64,000 nt of DNA from Azolla caroliniana (taxonomy: Eukaryota; Plantae; Polypodiophyta). The translations under genes and the position numbers were made by a program. Positions 11,934-23,500 of this stretch are shown here, piece after piece. The number at the start of each line of letters is the position of its first letter. Position 1 is the first letter of the stretch. The notes below the pieces were generated by a model, which made no database searches, was not told where the DNA came from, and was given only the letters and a program-made list of their open reading frames with translations. The stretch spans positions 7,626,001 through 7,690,000 of the forward strand of contig JBHGNT010000021.1 of NCBI GenBank assembly GCA_043228905.1. The letters are read 5' to 3'.

Positions 11934-13583
11934 TTATATTATTTTTACTTTTTCACGTAGTGTACGAAATACACTACGACACTCGCCCCCTCCGAACCCG
12001 CACATCCTCCGGTATGTGCCGAAGTTGCCGATGCTCGTTGTCTCCCCTTCATCCTCCGTTTGTCCCGCTATGTCAACTTTGTCTCTCCATTTTGAGTAGA
12101 CCCATTCTTTCCACCCGAACCATTGTCGCCATCCGATCCACCATATTCTTTGTTCATTCTTTGCATTGCCATGAGTGGTTGTCATGGTCCCTTGTGGTAC
12201 TCTTGAGCATCTCGGTGTGTTGTCTCTCTCCACTCCGCGCTTGTCTTCCGTAGGTTCTACCCACGCGTCGATGTCGACCTCCGAATACGCGCTCGCTGTT
12301 AGGTCCTTGTGCGGCTTTAATGCATGCTTTATTTCTCGATGTTGCGCATGCGTCGTATTAGGCCGTAGCGCATGCTTCGTATTCCATCGTAGTGCATGCG
12401 CCGTATTACCCCGTAGTGCATGCTTATTTTTGCACCGTAGCGCGTGCTTCTTTTTGCGCCGTAGCGTGTGCTTCTCTTTACGCCGTAGCACGTGCTTCTT
12501 TTGGTGCCGTAGTGCGTGCTCCGTATTACATGCTTCTCCCATCGTAGACCCGACCTTCGCGTTGTCATGCTTTTGTTTACATCGGAATTTCAGACGGATC
12601 ATCTTCCATCCGAACCGGCTTCCGACTTTACCTTCCTTGTTGCCACCTCCCGTCTCTCCGGTCTCACGTTGGTTCTCGGACACAACCGCCGAAGTCTCTA
12701 GAATTAGTGGGTAGGAATCCTCGGTATTATCATCTTCCGTTGTTTCACCCATAGCCATGTTCTCCTTGGCTATCTCTCCTTCGTATGCATCGGCTTCGAC
12801 CTTCGTTTCGTTGCCGCCACTTTCCTTATCTTCGGTGTTATGTCGACACCCGGGCTCCAGTACCGAAGTCTCCGAAACAATGGTGAAGGAATCCCTTCGT
12901 TCGTGCTCATTTACTTTGTCTTCCTCGTTGCCCTTCCGGTCCTCCACTTTTCCACCGACACATTCCGTCTCTCCGGTCTCACGTTGGTGCACGGGCACAG
13001 CCGCCGAAGTCTCTGGAACCGGTGTGGGGATACCCTTTCGTCCTCGATCTTCCTCCTCCTCGTCCTTTGTTGGCCTCGACTTTGGTTCGGTTTTAAGCTC
13101 CCCTTCAATGTCGACTTGCGACTTTTCATGCATCTCCGAACCCTTCCGCATCAAGCTCTCCTTCGGTGGTAGTCGGTGGCCGCTTTTCACCCACTGTTGA
13201 CCGCCGTTCGTGGACCATGTACTCGTCCGCTTCGGTCTTAGATAGTCATATGTGTCTCGTATAGCTTCTTCAAAGGACTCCCACATCGGGCTTTGTTGTC
13301 GTATCTCGTGGATTCTCTCTTGAAGCTCATCCGTAGCCACCCGGTTGAAAGATAACACTTGCAATCTTTCTGAGATACCATATCGCAACATCTCCATTTT
13401 GTAGTCACGTAGATAGCGTGACACGTCCTTTCCATCGAATTGCCCGTTCTGTTGCACGAGCCGTTGTACTACTGTCGTGATCTCCGACATCTCGCGTTGT
13501 TCTTGTAGCATTCTCTCGAACATCATCATCATCATGTTCATCGCCTCTTGTTGATTCTCCATCTCCTTGCCACCCGCCTTCAC
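11934..13583 (-). CDS. Gag-like protein of the TG2 upstream unit (549-aa open frame, runs into the middle LTR)
   Basis: Same N-terminus as 9744-11243 with an in-frame internal deletion, PxLETSAV repeats and 8-aa xxxxHALR repeats. Confidence 0.8.
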   Translation of the reverse strand: MKAGGKEMENQQEAMNMMMMMFERMLQEQREMSEITTVVQRLVQQNGQFDGKDVSRYLRDYKMEMLRYGISERLQVLSFNRVATDELQERIHEIRQQSPMWESFEEAIRDTYDYLRPKRTSTWSTNGGQQWVKSGHRLPPKESLMRKGSEMHEKSQVDIEGELKTEPKSRPTKDEEEEDRGRKGIPTPVPETSAAVPVHQRETGETECVGGKVEDRKGNEEDKVNEHERRDSFTIVSETSVLEPGCRHNTEDKESGGNETKVEADAYEGEIAKENMAMGETTEDDNTEDSYPLILETSAVVSENQRETGETGGGNKEGKVGSRFGWKMIRLKFRCKQKHDNAKVGSTMGEACNTEHALRHQKKHVLRRKEKHTLRRKKKHALRCKNKHALRGNTAHALRWNTKHALRPNTTHAQHREIKHALKPHKDLTASAYSEVDIDAWVEPTEDKRGVERDNTPRCSRVPQGTMTTTHGNAKNEQRIWWIGWRQWFGWKEWVYSKWRDKVDIAGQTEDEGETTSIGNFGTYRRMCGFGGGECRSVFRTLREKVKII

Positions 13584-15314
13584 GTCGGGTTCACCAACTG
13601 TGTCGTGCCTTTCGGCTCCGGATCGTTGCGTGAGTCGGGTGGGAACCGCCGAGGTTTTGGACTAGGAGAAAGAAGAATATGAGATGAGGCTAGTAATAAA
13701 TAGATTATTAGAAAGAGAGATAGAAATTTCGTGAATCCCACGAGTGTATTTTATTCGATTAATCAATATTTAGATAAGAATATGTATTTAGATTGAAAGA
13801 AAGATATAAGAAACTTGTGAATCCCACAAGTATAGATTATATTATTTTCGTGAATCCCACGATTATATTAATCGGTTGGTGTTTTCGGAAATATATCCAA
13901 TTTCCAAATATTTCACACCTATTACATTGTGCTCCCCATCCTTATGTAGTGATGGGAGAGACTAAGCATAGCTACATGCTTTTTTTCTAATACGTTCATG
14001 CACACTAAATGTGCATGTGATGCTTTTCTAATCCTTGCTTTTATTTGCTAAATATAGTGCTCATGCACGCTAGATGTGCATGAGTCACTTTTTAGTTGCT
14101 TGCGTTTTTCTACAAAATATTCACGCACTCTAAAAATGCACGATTTACCTTTTAATAAAGGTAGGTGCAAATAAAGCACTTATAGTTATTAAATCTATTT
14201 GTAGAACACTAAAGATAAGGTAGCATAATGGTAAAGTTGAGGTTTAGCTACATGGAGGTACAAGGTTCGAATCTTGCCCTATGCACGTGATATGTAATTA
14301 AATCGGTTATTTTATTTTTACTTTTTCACGTAGTGTACGAAATACACTACGACAGCGGGATGGAAGGAGTCGGCATGAGGTATTCGAGAGGAGGAGACGG
14401 TCAAACCGAAGGAGGGACACACGTGGTACGCGGTACGCGGAATCCGGCGTGCGATTGGAGTGACCGGGGGCCCAATCGGAGAACATACGCAACAGACAAA
14501 GTCGAGGTGACCGAGTCGGCAACGACATTCGGGAAGGAAGGTGCGAACGTCGGATATGGCGGATCAGATGGAGCAGACGGTTCGGGGACACGCGGTGGAC
14601 ATGGTGGATCAGATGGAGTCGGCGGGCCGGGGCCGGTAAGGAACCGGCAAGACGGTCGGGTGCCGGGAAGGCGAAGAATCCAGTTGATCACCGTCGCCGA
14701 AATCTCTCACCCTTTTCCTTTCTTGGCACGTATCGGTGGACGTGCGGTTTGGTGGGGTGGATGTCGTGAAGATTTTCGGTTATGGTGTGAAACCGGGGTG
14801 GAATGGGCAAGTCGGTGGTGTGCAACATGTGCACATGTATACTAGGAAATGGTGTATAGAAATAAGAGGGGAAATTTTATCCCACATTGTAAGGTCCCTC
14901 CCTCCTTGGGCTATAAAGGGAAGGGAGGGGTCACTTATGAAGGGGTTGCCTATTTTGCGTATGAGAGGTATACCACTTAGTCTAAAGTTCTTACCATTTT
15001 AGGGTTAAGGTTTTGTTTAGGGTTTTCTTCTTGATCTTCTTTACTTGCTTATTGGGGTTAGGGTTTTGTTATACCGTTTGGTGCGGCCTATGTGGCCTTG
15101 GTTGTAATCTTTGTGAACTCTTAATATAACTTGTTGATCTTCTTGCCTTGTGGGTGTATCTTGATTTTATTATATTCTATGTTTATGTGCTATTCTTCCT
15201 CTTCTCCTCTTGAGCTAAGCTTCCATTTTGTGTCTTATTCCTTCTCCTCTACTCCCTCGTCTGAGACCCCCGTGGACCCGCCCCTTCTACATGCACGCGC
15301 GTAATAACACGACA

Positions 15315-18253
15315 ACGTGTTGAGAGTTATGGTGACTTAACTCTTCATGACTTGTCTATGCATTGTAAGAATTTATATGAGTTATCTCTTGCCAGAAAGA
15401 TGATGTGTTATGGTTCTCTTTCACATATGTCTCCCTTCTTTACAATTGAAGATATACGCATAGGACTTAAGAAATTGGCCTCTTGAAAGGCAAGCGATCT
15501 TCAATGTATAAAAGTTGAAATGCTCAAATGGACGGGAAAGGAAGCACATATATGGATATTCGATATGTTTAATGATGCATTGCAACATGGTATGCCATAT
15601 GATTGGACTACAAATTGGATCAAACCTTTACATAAAGGCGGAGATGTAAATAATGTAAACAACTATCGAACCATCATGGTTGGCTCATTAATGGCAAAAC
15701 TATTTGGATATATAATGGAATAAAAAATAAGTGTATGGGCTAAAAAAAAAAGGTAAGAGAGCTTATGGACAAGTTGGTTTTCGAAAACACCATAGCACCA
15801 TCGATCATCTTGTCACTCTTCGAGTATTAATGGAGGAAAGTCGCCTTAGAGGTAAAGGTTTATATTATTGCTTTGTAGACTTCAAGAAAGCTTTTGATAT
15901 GGTACCTCGTGAGCATCTTTGGAGGCGGATGGAAGAACTTGAGGTGCCAAGTGAATATATGGTTGCAATTTCCCGAATATATGAGAAGGTTATATGTTGT
16001 TTGTGTATGAGAGATAGACTTTCGGATTTTTTCAATAGCATTATTGGTGTTAAGCAAGGATGCTCACTCTCACAAACATTATTTGGTCTATGCATTGATG
16101 AATTAGAAGAAATGGTTACCAAGTCTGTAAAGGAAGAATGTATTGAAGAAGTTGCCATTGGCAATGTTGTGATTATGCTTTTGTTATATGCAGATGATGT
16201 AGTGCTTTTTGCAAATACTTCAAGAAATGCACAAAATCTTATGAAGGCATTGGAAAAAATTTGCATGCATATTAGATGAAGTGTTAATAGTTCAAAAACA
16301 AATATTATGCTTGTGAAGAGTCAAAAAAGAGATAAACCATGCATTATGTACAATAATGAGCCACTTGATTGTGTGGAAAGCTTCAAATATCTTGGCCTTG
16401 AGTTCCTTCAAATCATAAATGGAATGAAAGTGCCACATGCCGCTTAGAGGCGGGTAAGCAAGCATATTATGCATTTGAGAACACATGCAATCTTGGAGAT
16501 ATTAAGTGTTGGGTCCTCAAGTTGACACTTTGGTGACCCTGGTTCTTCTTTATGGGGTGGAAGTATGGGGCGGTAGCATCCCTAAATCTACGTGGAAAGA
16601 GTTTGAAAATGTCCAAAAACAAGTTAAGAAACCCTCCTCCTCCTTGAGACGGGATCGCTTCCCATTGAGATCATGGCCATGGAAAGGGTTGTTGAATATA
16701 TGCTTAAGGTTCAAAAAAGCCCCTCACATTGGTTACCTAGAATTGCATGGGAAGCAAGCAAAAATATCCAAAAGACGATGTCGTAAAGATTTTCGCCAAC
16801 GGTGTGAAAATTGAATGGAATGTACAAAATCGAGTGTAGTTCTTCACACACAACATAAAACAATAATAGTGAAGATACTATTTTATACTAGTTTAATATC
16901 TTGGTACAAAAAGATGGAGGTCTTTAAGAGCTTTCGAATACACTTTACCACATAAGAAATGGACAACTAAGTGCAAAGTTATGTGGGTATGAAGTTTGTG
17001 GAGAGGAAGAAAAAAAAAAACTACGAGATATCCCACATAGACAGGACAAATAAGGATCCTAGAGTATATAAGGAGGGCCAAAATCTATTACTTTTTTTGT
17101 ATGAGTGGATCATAGAATGTTGAAGGTGACTTGAGCTAAATTAACCGGATGAATGGGTGTGACCTAACTACTTGTAAAGGTTTTGGCCGACCGAAACCAG
17201 ACGACGATCGGACGGATCCAGCGAGGCGGCGAGACCGGACGGATCCGGCGAGCCAAGTTATTTCCTTAGAAGTTATATTTTTATTATTATACTTTTACAT
17301 GTAAATTCTCATACATGAGAGCTTAGATGATGACATGGCAAGCATGCATTGCATGCATTACGTGCATGTCTTGCACCCTCACATGCACCATATGCATGGG
17401 GGCATCTTTAAAAGAGTGGAGGATTCAAGCAAATGAAACTAATGAAAAATTTGGGAAAAATAAGAAACTTATAATACTATTATTGATGTATCTTCTCTCT
17501 TAAATCTAAAAGTTCAAAGTTCAATCTTTATCTCAATATCTCTCTTTCGTCATACCAATCTCTCTCAATCTATCTTAAATACTTTCTCGCTAAAGCTAGT
17601 GTAAACATCGAATCCTTCCGGTCAAGAACCTCGACAGTTTCGCCTCATGATCCGCACGTGTGACGCATCAAATCAAAAATTTGTGTTCCGGTTGGATGCA
17701 AGATTTAGAAAAATGGTTTGGTAGATGGGATGCAAGACACTTGCTTCATGATGCGTCACTAGATTCCTCTGTAAATGAGGCCTTTTTGCAACGCCAATAT
17801 ATCATGACATGGGACAAATGTGGTGGCTCACGCTTCACACATTATACTACACATGTTGCACCTAACTACAAAACCATATTCTTTGCAAAACGGGGAAATC
17901 GTACACATCGATACATGTTAGAGCCCATATTGTTATCTGCCATTCGAACCATTGCTTCCATGCGACTTAGCTCACATGCATTGCGATGTGAAACAAGGCG
18001 TTGGGGCACAAGTGATGAGAGTGGTCGGCTATGCACACTTTGCCCTAAACAAGTTCACGAGTCTAAGTATCACACTTTGATACAATGCTCTGCCTTTGAT
18101 CATATTCGACCATGCTTTCCACATCTCTTCGACCGAGCCCAATCCTTGCATGAATTCCTCTCACAACCACAATGTGCACTCTTGATTGCAACATTCATTG
18201 GTAAAGTTCTTGAACATCGAGAGTCACTACTCACTTTCAGACGTATCACGTGA
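15315..18253 (+). pseudogene. LINE1 ORF2, RT and C-terminal zinc-finger portion (interrupted by S1)
   Basis: ORF fragments 15520-15723, 15731-16279, 16506-16814 and 17660-18253 are collinear with the LINE2 ORF 60386-62065. Confidence 0.9.
16779..17664 (+). mobile_element. S1: solo LTR related to the Trp-primed Gypsy family
   Basis: Begins TGTCGTAAAGATTTTCG and ends ...CGCACGTGTGAC (3' terminus degenerate). Absent from LINE2. Target ACGA/ACGC. Confidence 0.75.
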
Positions 18254-18345
18254 AATGTAATATTTTTGGTGTCATAGGTCATATTTGACCTCCGAAGACG
18301 ATAATATAATCTCTCTCTCTCTCTCTCTCCCTCCCTCTCTCTCTC

Positions 18346-18489
18346 TCCTTCTCTCGAGAGTTCTACACCTCCCTTAGTACTAATCTTCATCTTTTAGTAC
18401 TAATTCCTTCTCTGTTTTAGTATTGTTCCTTACAATACTTCTCTGTCTTAGTATTGCTCCTAACAAGTCTCTCGATCACCGACTAACCA

Positions 18490-18526
<37 letters not shown>

Positions 18527-18687
18527 TCTCTCTCCTTCTCTCTCTCCTTCTCTCTCTCCTTCTACACCTCCCTTAGTACTAATCCTGATGTTTTAGTATT
18601 AATTCCTTCTCTGTTTTAGTATTGTACCTTACAGTACTTCTCTGTCTTAGTACTGCTCCTGACAGGTCTCTCGATCACCGACTAACC
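18346..18687 (+). repeat. Two ectopic copies of the chromovirus 3'-LTR end, TSD and ~20 bp of Copia A flank (donor ~62185-62334)
   Basis: ...CCT(A/G)ACA-(A/G)GTCT-CTCGATCACCGACTAACC at 18459-18488 and 18658-18687 matches 62301-62330. Confidence 0.9.
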
Positions 18688-18755
18688 TGCACTCACACAC
18701 CCATACATAGCTTGCTTGTGTTGCACAACACCACTTACATATCACCTTCTTTACA

Positions 18756-18767
18756 TGGTACCAGAGC
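18756..18767 (+). other. Copia A PBS (tRNA-iMet type)
   Basis: TGGTACCAGAGC, one mismatch from TGGTATCAGAGC, directly after the LTR end. Confidence 0.85.
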
Positions 18768-18863
18768 GTGGGGTTGTCAGATCAAACTCGCTCAACTGTG
18801 TTGCGATCACAACACCAATGATCAACATAACCAATTCCAGCAACAAAGAAAGAAATCGACATC

Positions 18864-20585
18864 ATGAATACTCAGATGGGAAGCGCTCTTCCTATGGAGA
18901 AGCTTGACATGAAAAACTTTGCATATTGGGAATACAAGTTGCATCAATACCTTGTCAAACAAGGTTACAAGAGCTACATTGAAGGAGCTCACGAAATGCA
19001 ACCCAACCCAACACAGGCCGACTACCCAGCGTGGGAATAGACCGCAAGTTGTGCGTTGTATTGCCTTGCATCATGCATACATGATCACATGCACGATTAT
19101 ATTCGAGAGTCGAAAACGTCGAAAGAAGCTTGGGGCAATCTCAAGAAGATTTTTGCGGCCAATACAGTTGCATGAAAGCTCCAACTCCAATAGGAGTTGA
19201 ATAACATCCAACCGAGGGATATGTCGATCACTAGTTATACCTTGAAGATCAAGGAGTTGTGCGACGCCCTTGGATCGATCAACGTCATCATCGATGATGA
19301 CAAGATGGTGCAAATATGCCTCGGCGGCTTGGCACCTCAATTCAGCACGATTAGATCGGCCATTCTCGCAAGCGAGAATCCACCTTCCTTTTTCGACCTT
19401 CAGTCCATACGATTGGTGGAGGAAAATCATGCCTGACAAAGGAGCAATGCACCCGATGGTCAAATGCTCTACTCCCCGTCGAATGATAGAACAAGATTCA
19501 GCCAAGGAAATAGAGGTCGATTCAGCCGAGGGCGACTGAGTCAGCCGACCCGAGAACGTAACTCGTACCAATGGCAAGATGGTAGGAGCAATCCTAGAGA
19601 GTTCGGTAGAAGGGGGAGCCATCCTGTTGGACCAAGCCATCGCAATAACCAGATCAAATGCGGGTACTGTGGAAAACTCAGCCACTATGAAGAGGAGTGC
19701 CGAAAGAAGCAACAGGATTCGGCTTCGACTAGCCAACAACTCACTAACTATGCTTCAAACCCCGACTATGACGATCATGGAGGAATGTTCATGATGAGGC
19801 ACAAAGTGCATTCAATGTTGACACAAAGTGAGACAAGCACCTCTCCTTTGGATAATGTATGTTATGTCGACTCGGGAGCATCCAATCATATGACGTCCCA
19901 CGAAGTTTGGTTCCGAGAATTACGAAAGCTCGATCGGCCCAACTATGTCGAAACTGGAGATGACACAACTCACTCGATTCGGCATATTGGAAATGACCCA
20001 TTCAGGAATGATGGCAAACAAACCTACCTCAAAAATGTCTTGCATGTCCCAACCATCACGAAAAATCTGGTCTCGGTTGACCAGATATTAGAACAAGGCA
20101 TGCAAGTGTGGTTCAATAATGAAGGGTGCTTCATTGAAAAAGACGATCAAATCATAGGACATGGTCGTCGAGAAGGCCAAATGTTCATCCTCGAGTTGAG
20201 CCAGGTGAAGTTCGCCATGTTCATAAATGGCATCAAACTCAAAACCGTCTTGAAACTTTGGCACAAGCAAGTTGGCCACATTAATCTCCATAAGCTTAAA
20301 AGGATATAGTCGAAAGGAGTCGTAACCAGACTTCCATCATTTACCGAGAAGGAGATTACGGGTGTATGCAAAGCCTGTCAATTCGGCAAACAACACTAAC
20401 AATGATTCCCAAAAGAAGGGAATGTGAGCAAAGGGATCCTGGATATCGTACATTCAGATGTATGGGGACCGGCATAAACAACCACATTCAGTGTATGCCA
20501 ATACTATGTCATGTTTATTGACAACTTCTTAAGGCATGTCTGGATCTATCTGATGCGGTAGAAGAATGAAGTGGTCGTACACTTC
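18864..20585 (+). pseudogene. Copia A gag-protease-integrase N-terminus
   Basis: CGYCGKLSHYEEEC knuckle, VDSGASNHM protease and LWHKQVGH pre-integrase motifs; many stops. Confidence 0.9.
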
Positions 20586-23500
20586 TGTAAATGTTAATGT
20601 GCGGAAGCGTCAAACAGAACCGGCTCAACCAGATAGCAACAGAAAATGAGATGAAGGTTTAATGGAGAAGCTTAACACATAGAGTATATACGGGAGAGAC
20701 AGAGAGAGAGAGCAAAACATAGACTATATTCAAAAAATAACTCTAAAACTCTGTACATACAACATACTAAACAACACTATTTATACAAGTCCATAAAGGA
20801 CTGACATGTACTTCAATATTCCTACATGCGACTGGCACTAACTACAAACAATGATTACCTAGTAGTCTAGGCTACTACTAGGCTTCCGATTCCCGCTCAA
20901 ATCCGGCCGGTTGTTTCCGGATACTGATACGGCTCATCCTTTCGGATGCCGATCCGGCTCAGGCTTCTTTAGCCGATTCGGATCCGGTTGAGCTTGCTCG
21001 CTCAACACTCCCCCTCAAGTTGAGCTTGAGGCCGGATCGTGGTGTTAGTGTCCGCGGTAGCCGATTCTTCTACGCGGCTCCTTATGGCGTTGCTCCGCCT
21101 TGCTTGCGTTCCTCGTCCGGTCCGGTCCTGTTTGTTGCGACCCTTCTGGTTCTATGCACCTCGACCTCCTCGGTTGGCTTGTCTGCTCAACATGCCCATT
21201 TCAGCTCCCTCGTTGCTGCGACTCCAACGCTTGTCGACCCATCGGTTCCTTCGTGTTGGCATCAACTTCCGCTACGTCTGTGTCCGTTTGGCCTTTAGTT
21301 GATCCGGCTTCTCTGAATCTTGAACCGAATTGGTTTCCTTCGATTCATTTCAGCTCTTGTCCAAATCGGTGTTCTCCAACTCATCTTTCGGTTTCAGGCC
21401 CTTCACCATATCAGACCATGTTTGGGTCTTGGCCTTCTCCTTCCGATCGGCTCTGTCCTTCTTGACTCTGCCGCCGTTGCTGCTCATTCCAACTTGTTCG
21501 AATGTGCTGACTTCCTTTGTTGACTTCTTTATTCCTCTTGTCTCCCCCTTTGTTGGTTCTTTCTTCCTCTCCAGTTCCTTGTCCGGTGCCATCTGTTCCC
21601 TTTCCTTTTCTCCCCCTCAAGTGCGGCATGTCGAGATGTTGAACACCAAGCATTTCGGTGAAGTGCTGCAACTTGTCCGATCCGAGCGGTTTGGTGAAAA
21701 TATCGGCAACTTGTCGATCCGTCTGAACATACCAAAGTTCAACTTCACCGCTCAAAACCCGCTCACACACAAAGTGATAGTGGACTTCTATGTGCTTCGT
21801 CCGAGCATGGAACACAAGGTTCTTGGCGAGCTGTATCCTGCTCATGTTGTCGCAGTAGATTACGATCGGGGTCGCCACCTCGATCCGGAGATCTCGCAGC
21901 AGTCTCCGAAGCCATATGGCTTCACAGGTGGCATTGGTAGTGCCCCGATACTCAGCATCAATGCTCGACAAAGCCATTGTTGGCTGCTTTTTGCTGCTCC
22001 ATGCAACAATCGCGCTACCTAGACAAAAACATGTAAGCAGAGGTGGATCGGTGATCCGATGCATCACCGGCCCAGTCGGCATCTATATATCCGACTAGCT
22101 CTTCGGTTATACCATGCCGGTTATAAAGAATCAAGAGATGGATTCTTGTGAAGCGGAATAGGTGTGAATTGTGTGTGTGTGTGTGAGAGAGAGAGAGAGT
22201 GAGTGAGTGAAACACAGAGAATACGCAAGGTAAATGTATATTGACAAAGGAGAAAGACTCAACATTATACAAGGTGGGAGGAAGGTGCTTTATGTAGTCA
22301 CCCTCTCTCTTCATTAACTACAAGCCTCATGGAGCATGGGGAATGTGAAAGCTCATAAGTTATGTGTCATAGAATATGATTCTATGACTCATTATAAATG
22401 CTAGATTACAAAGTGGTGACATAATGGTGACTCTTGACGGTTGGAGTGTCTCTTCACTCTCAAGGTGAGTTCACACACTAGACCAAGTTGAGCTTGATTC
22501 TCAACACGCCCCCTCAAGCTCAAGTCGGGTCGGTTTCAGAGGGTATCCGAAATCCGCTTCAACTCGCGTTCCAGAGTCCGCGTCGACTCACTTTATGCGG
22601 AGTTGCGGAATCTGTGCTCCAACTTGCGTTGTGCGAAGTCTGTGCTTCGGCCGGCGTGCGTAGTTGTGAAGTCTGTGCTTCAGCTTGCGTCTTTCTTCAC
22701 GGCTTTGCGTGGTAGATCGGCTCTTCGCTGCTTCGTGTGTGGTTGTGGAATCCACGTGTTATTGCATAGTGTCTTCAGTACTCCCCCTCAAGCTTGGCAA
22801 GTCAGGGATCGTCAATCCGAGATCGGTCATGAATTGCCATAGCTTGTCGGCTCCTAAGGTTTTAGTGAAGATGTCGGTCGTTTGAAGATTGGTGCTAATG
22901 TGTTGTAGGTTGACATTGCCAGCCAGAATGTGCTCTCGGATGAAATGATAGTGCACTTCGATGTGCTTTGTCCGCGCGTGGAACACTGGGTTTCGAGCCA
23001 GATAGATACTGCTCATGTTGTCGCAGTAAAGCGAAGTCGGATCCTGGATGGGTACGCCCAGATCCTTCAAAATCCTCTTGAGCCATACGGCTTCACACGC
23101 AACTACGGCTGCGCCCCTGTATTCCACCTCCGTACTCGAAAGAGTGACGGTAGGCTGCTTCTTGCTACTCCAGGATATTGCTCCGCTGCCGAGGGAGAAA
23201 ACAAATCCGAAGGTTAATCTTCTATCAGCTTTGTAGCTGGCCCAATTGGCGTTTGTGTACCCCTCGAGTCGTAGTGGCATCGCGGTCTTGTAGAGGATGC
23301 CGCAATCCATTGTGCCGCTGACGTAGCGTAGAACTCGCTTAGCGCAATCCATGTGAGTATCACGCGGTGTTTGCATGAATTGGCTAAGGAGACCGACCAG
23401 ATAACTGAGATCGGGTCGTGTGATCGTGAGGTAGATGAGACTCCCGATGAGTTGCCGATACTGAGTCGACTCACACGCTTTGGTGCCGGAATTCGCATCT

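Larger units (their letters stand above)
8441..14354 (-). mobile_element. TG2: three-LTR tandem heterodimer of Gag-only elements (LTR-int-LTR-int-LTR), very recent
   Basis: LTRs 8441-9194, 11261-11981, 13601-14354; outer two identical by line-by-line comparison. Single TSD GCGG (8437-8440, 14355-14358). Two Trp PBS and two PPTs. Confidence 0.95.
5664..15314 (+). mobile_element. TG1: non-autonomous Gag-only Gypsy-derived LTR element (tRNA-Trp PBS)
   Basis: LTRs 5664-6216 and 14762-15314 (TGTCG...GACA), TSD ATGT/ACGT, PBS 6221-6238, G-rich PPT before 14762. Gag-like remnant but no PR/RT/INT motifs. Confidence 0.9.
3121..18310 (+). mobile_element. LINE1: near full-length non-LTR retrotransposon (RTEX-like; ORF1 plus APE-RT-CCHC ORF2), decayed and interrupted by TG1 and S1
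   Basis: APE motifs (WNCNG, ETW, GGVA, GDMN, IDY), RT motifs (FVDFKKAFD, GVKQGC, LLYADD), C-terminal RLSSHALRCET..RLCTLC..ES.YH...C. Flanked by (CT)n on both sides; collinear with LINE2. Confidence 0.9.
2912..18755 (+). repeat. Copia A 5' LTR (2912-3120 plus ~18688-18755), interrupted at its (CT)n tract by LINE1 and copied junction DNA
   Basis: Both halves align with the uninterrupted 3' LTR 62578-62917 on either side of its (CT)n tract. Confidence 0.88.
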
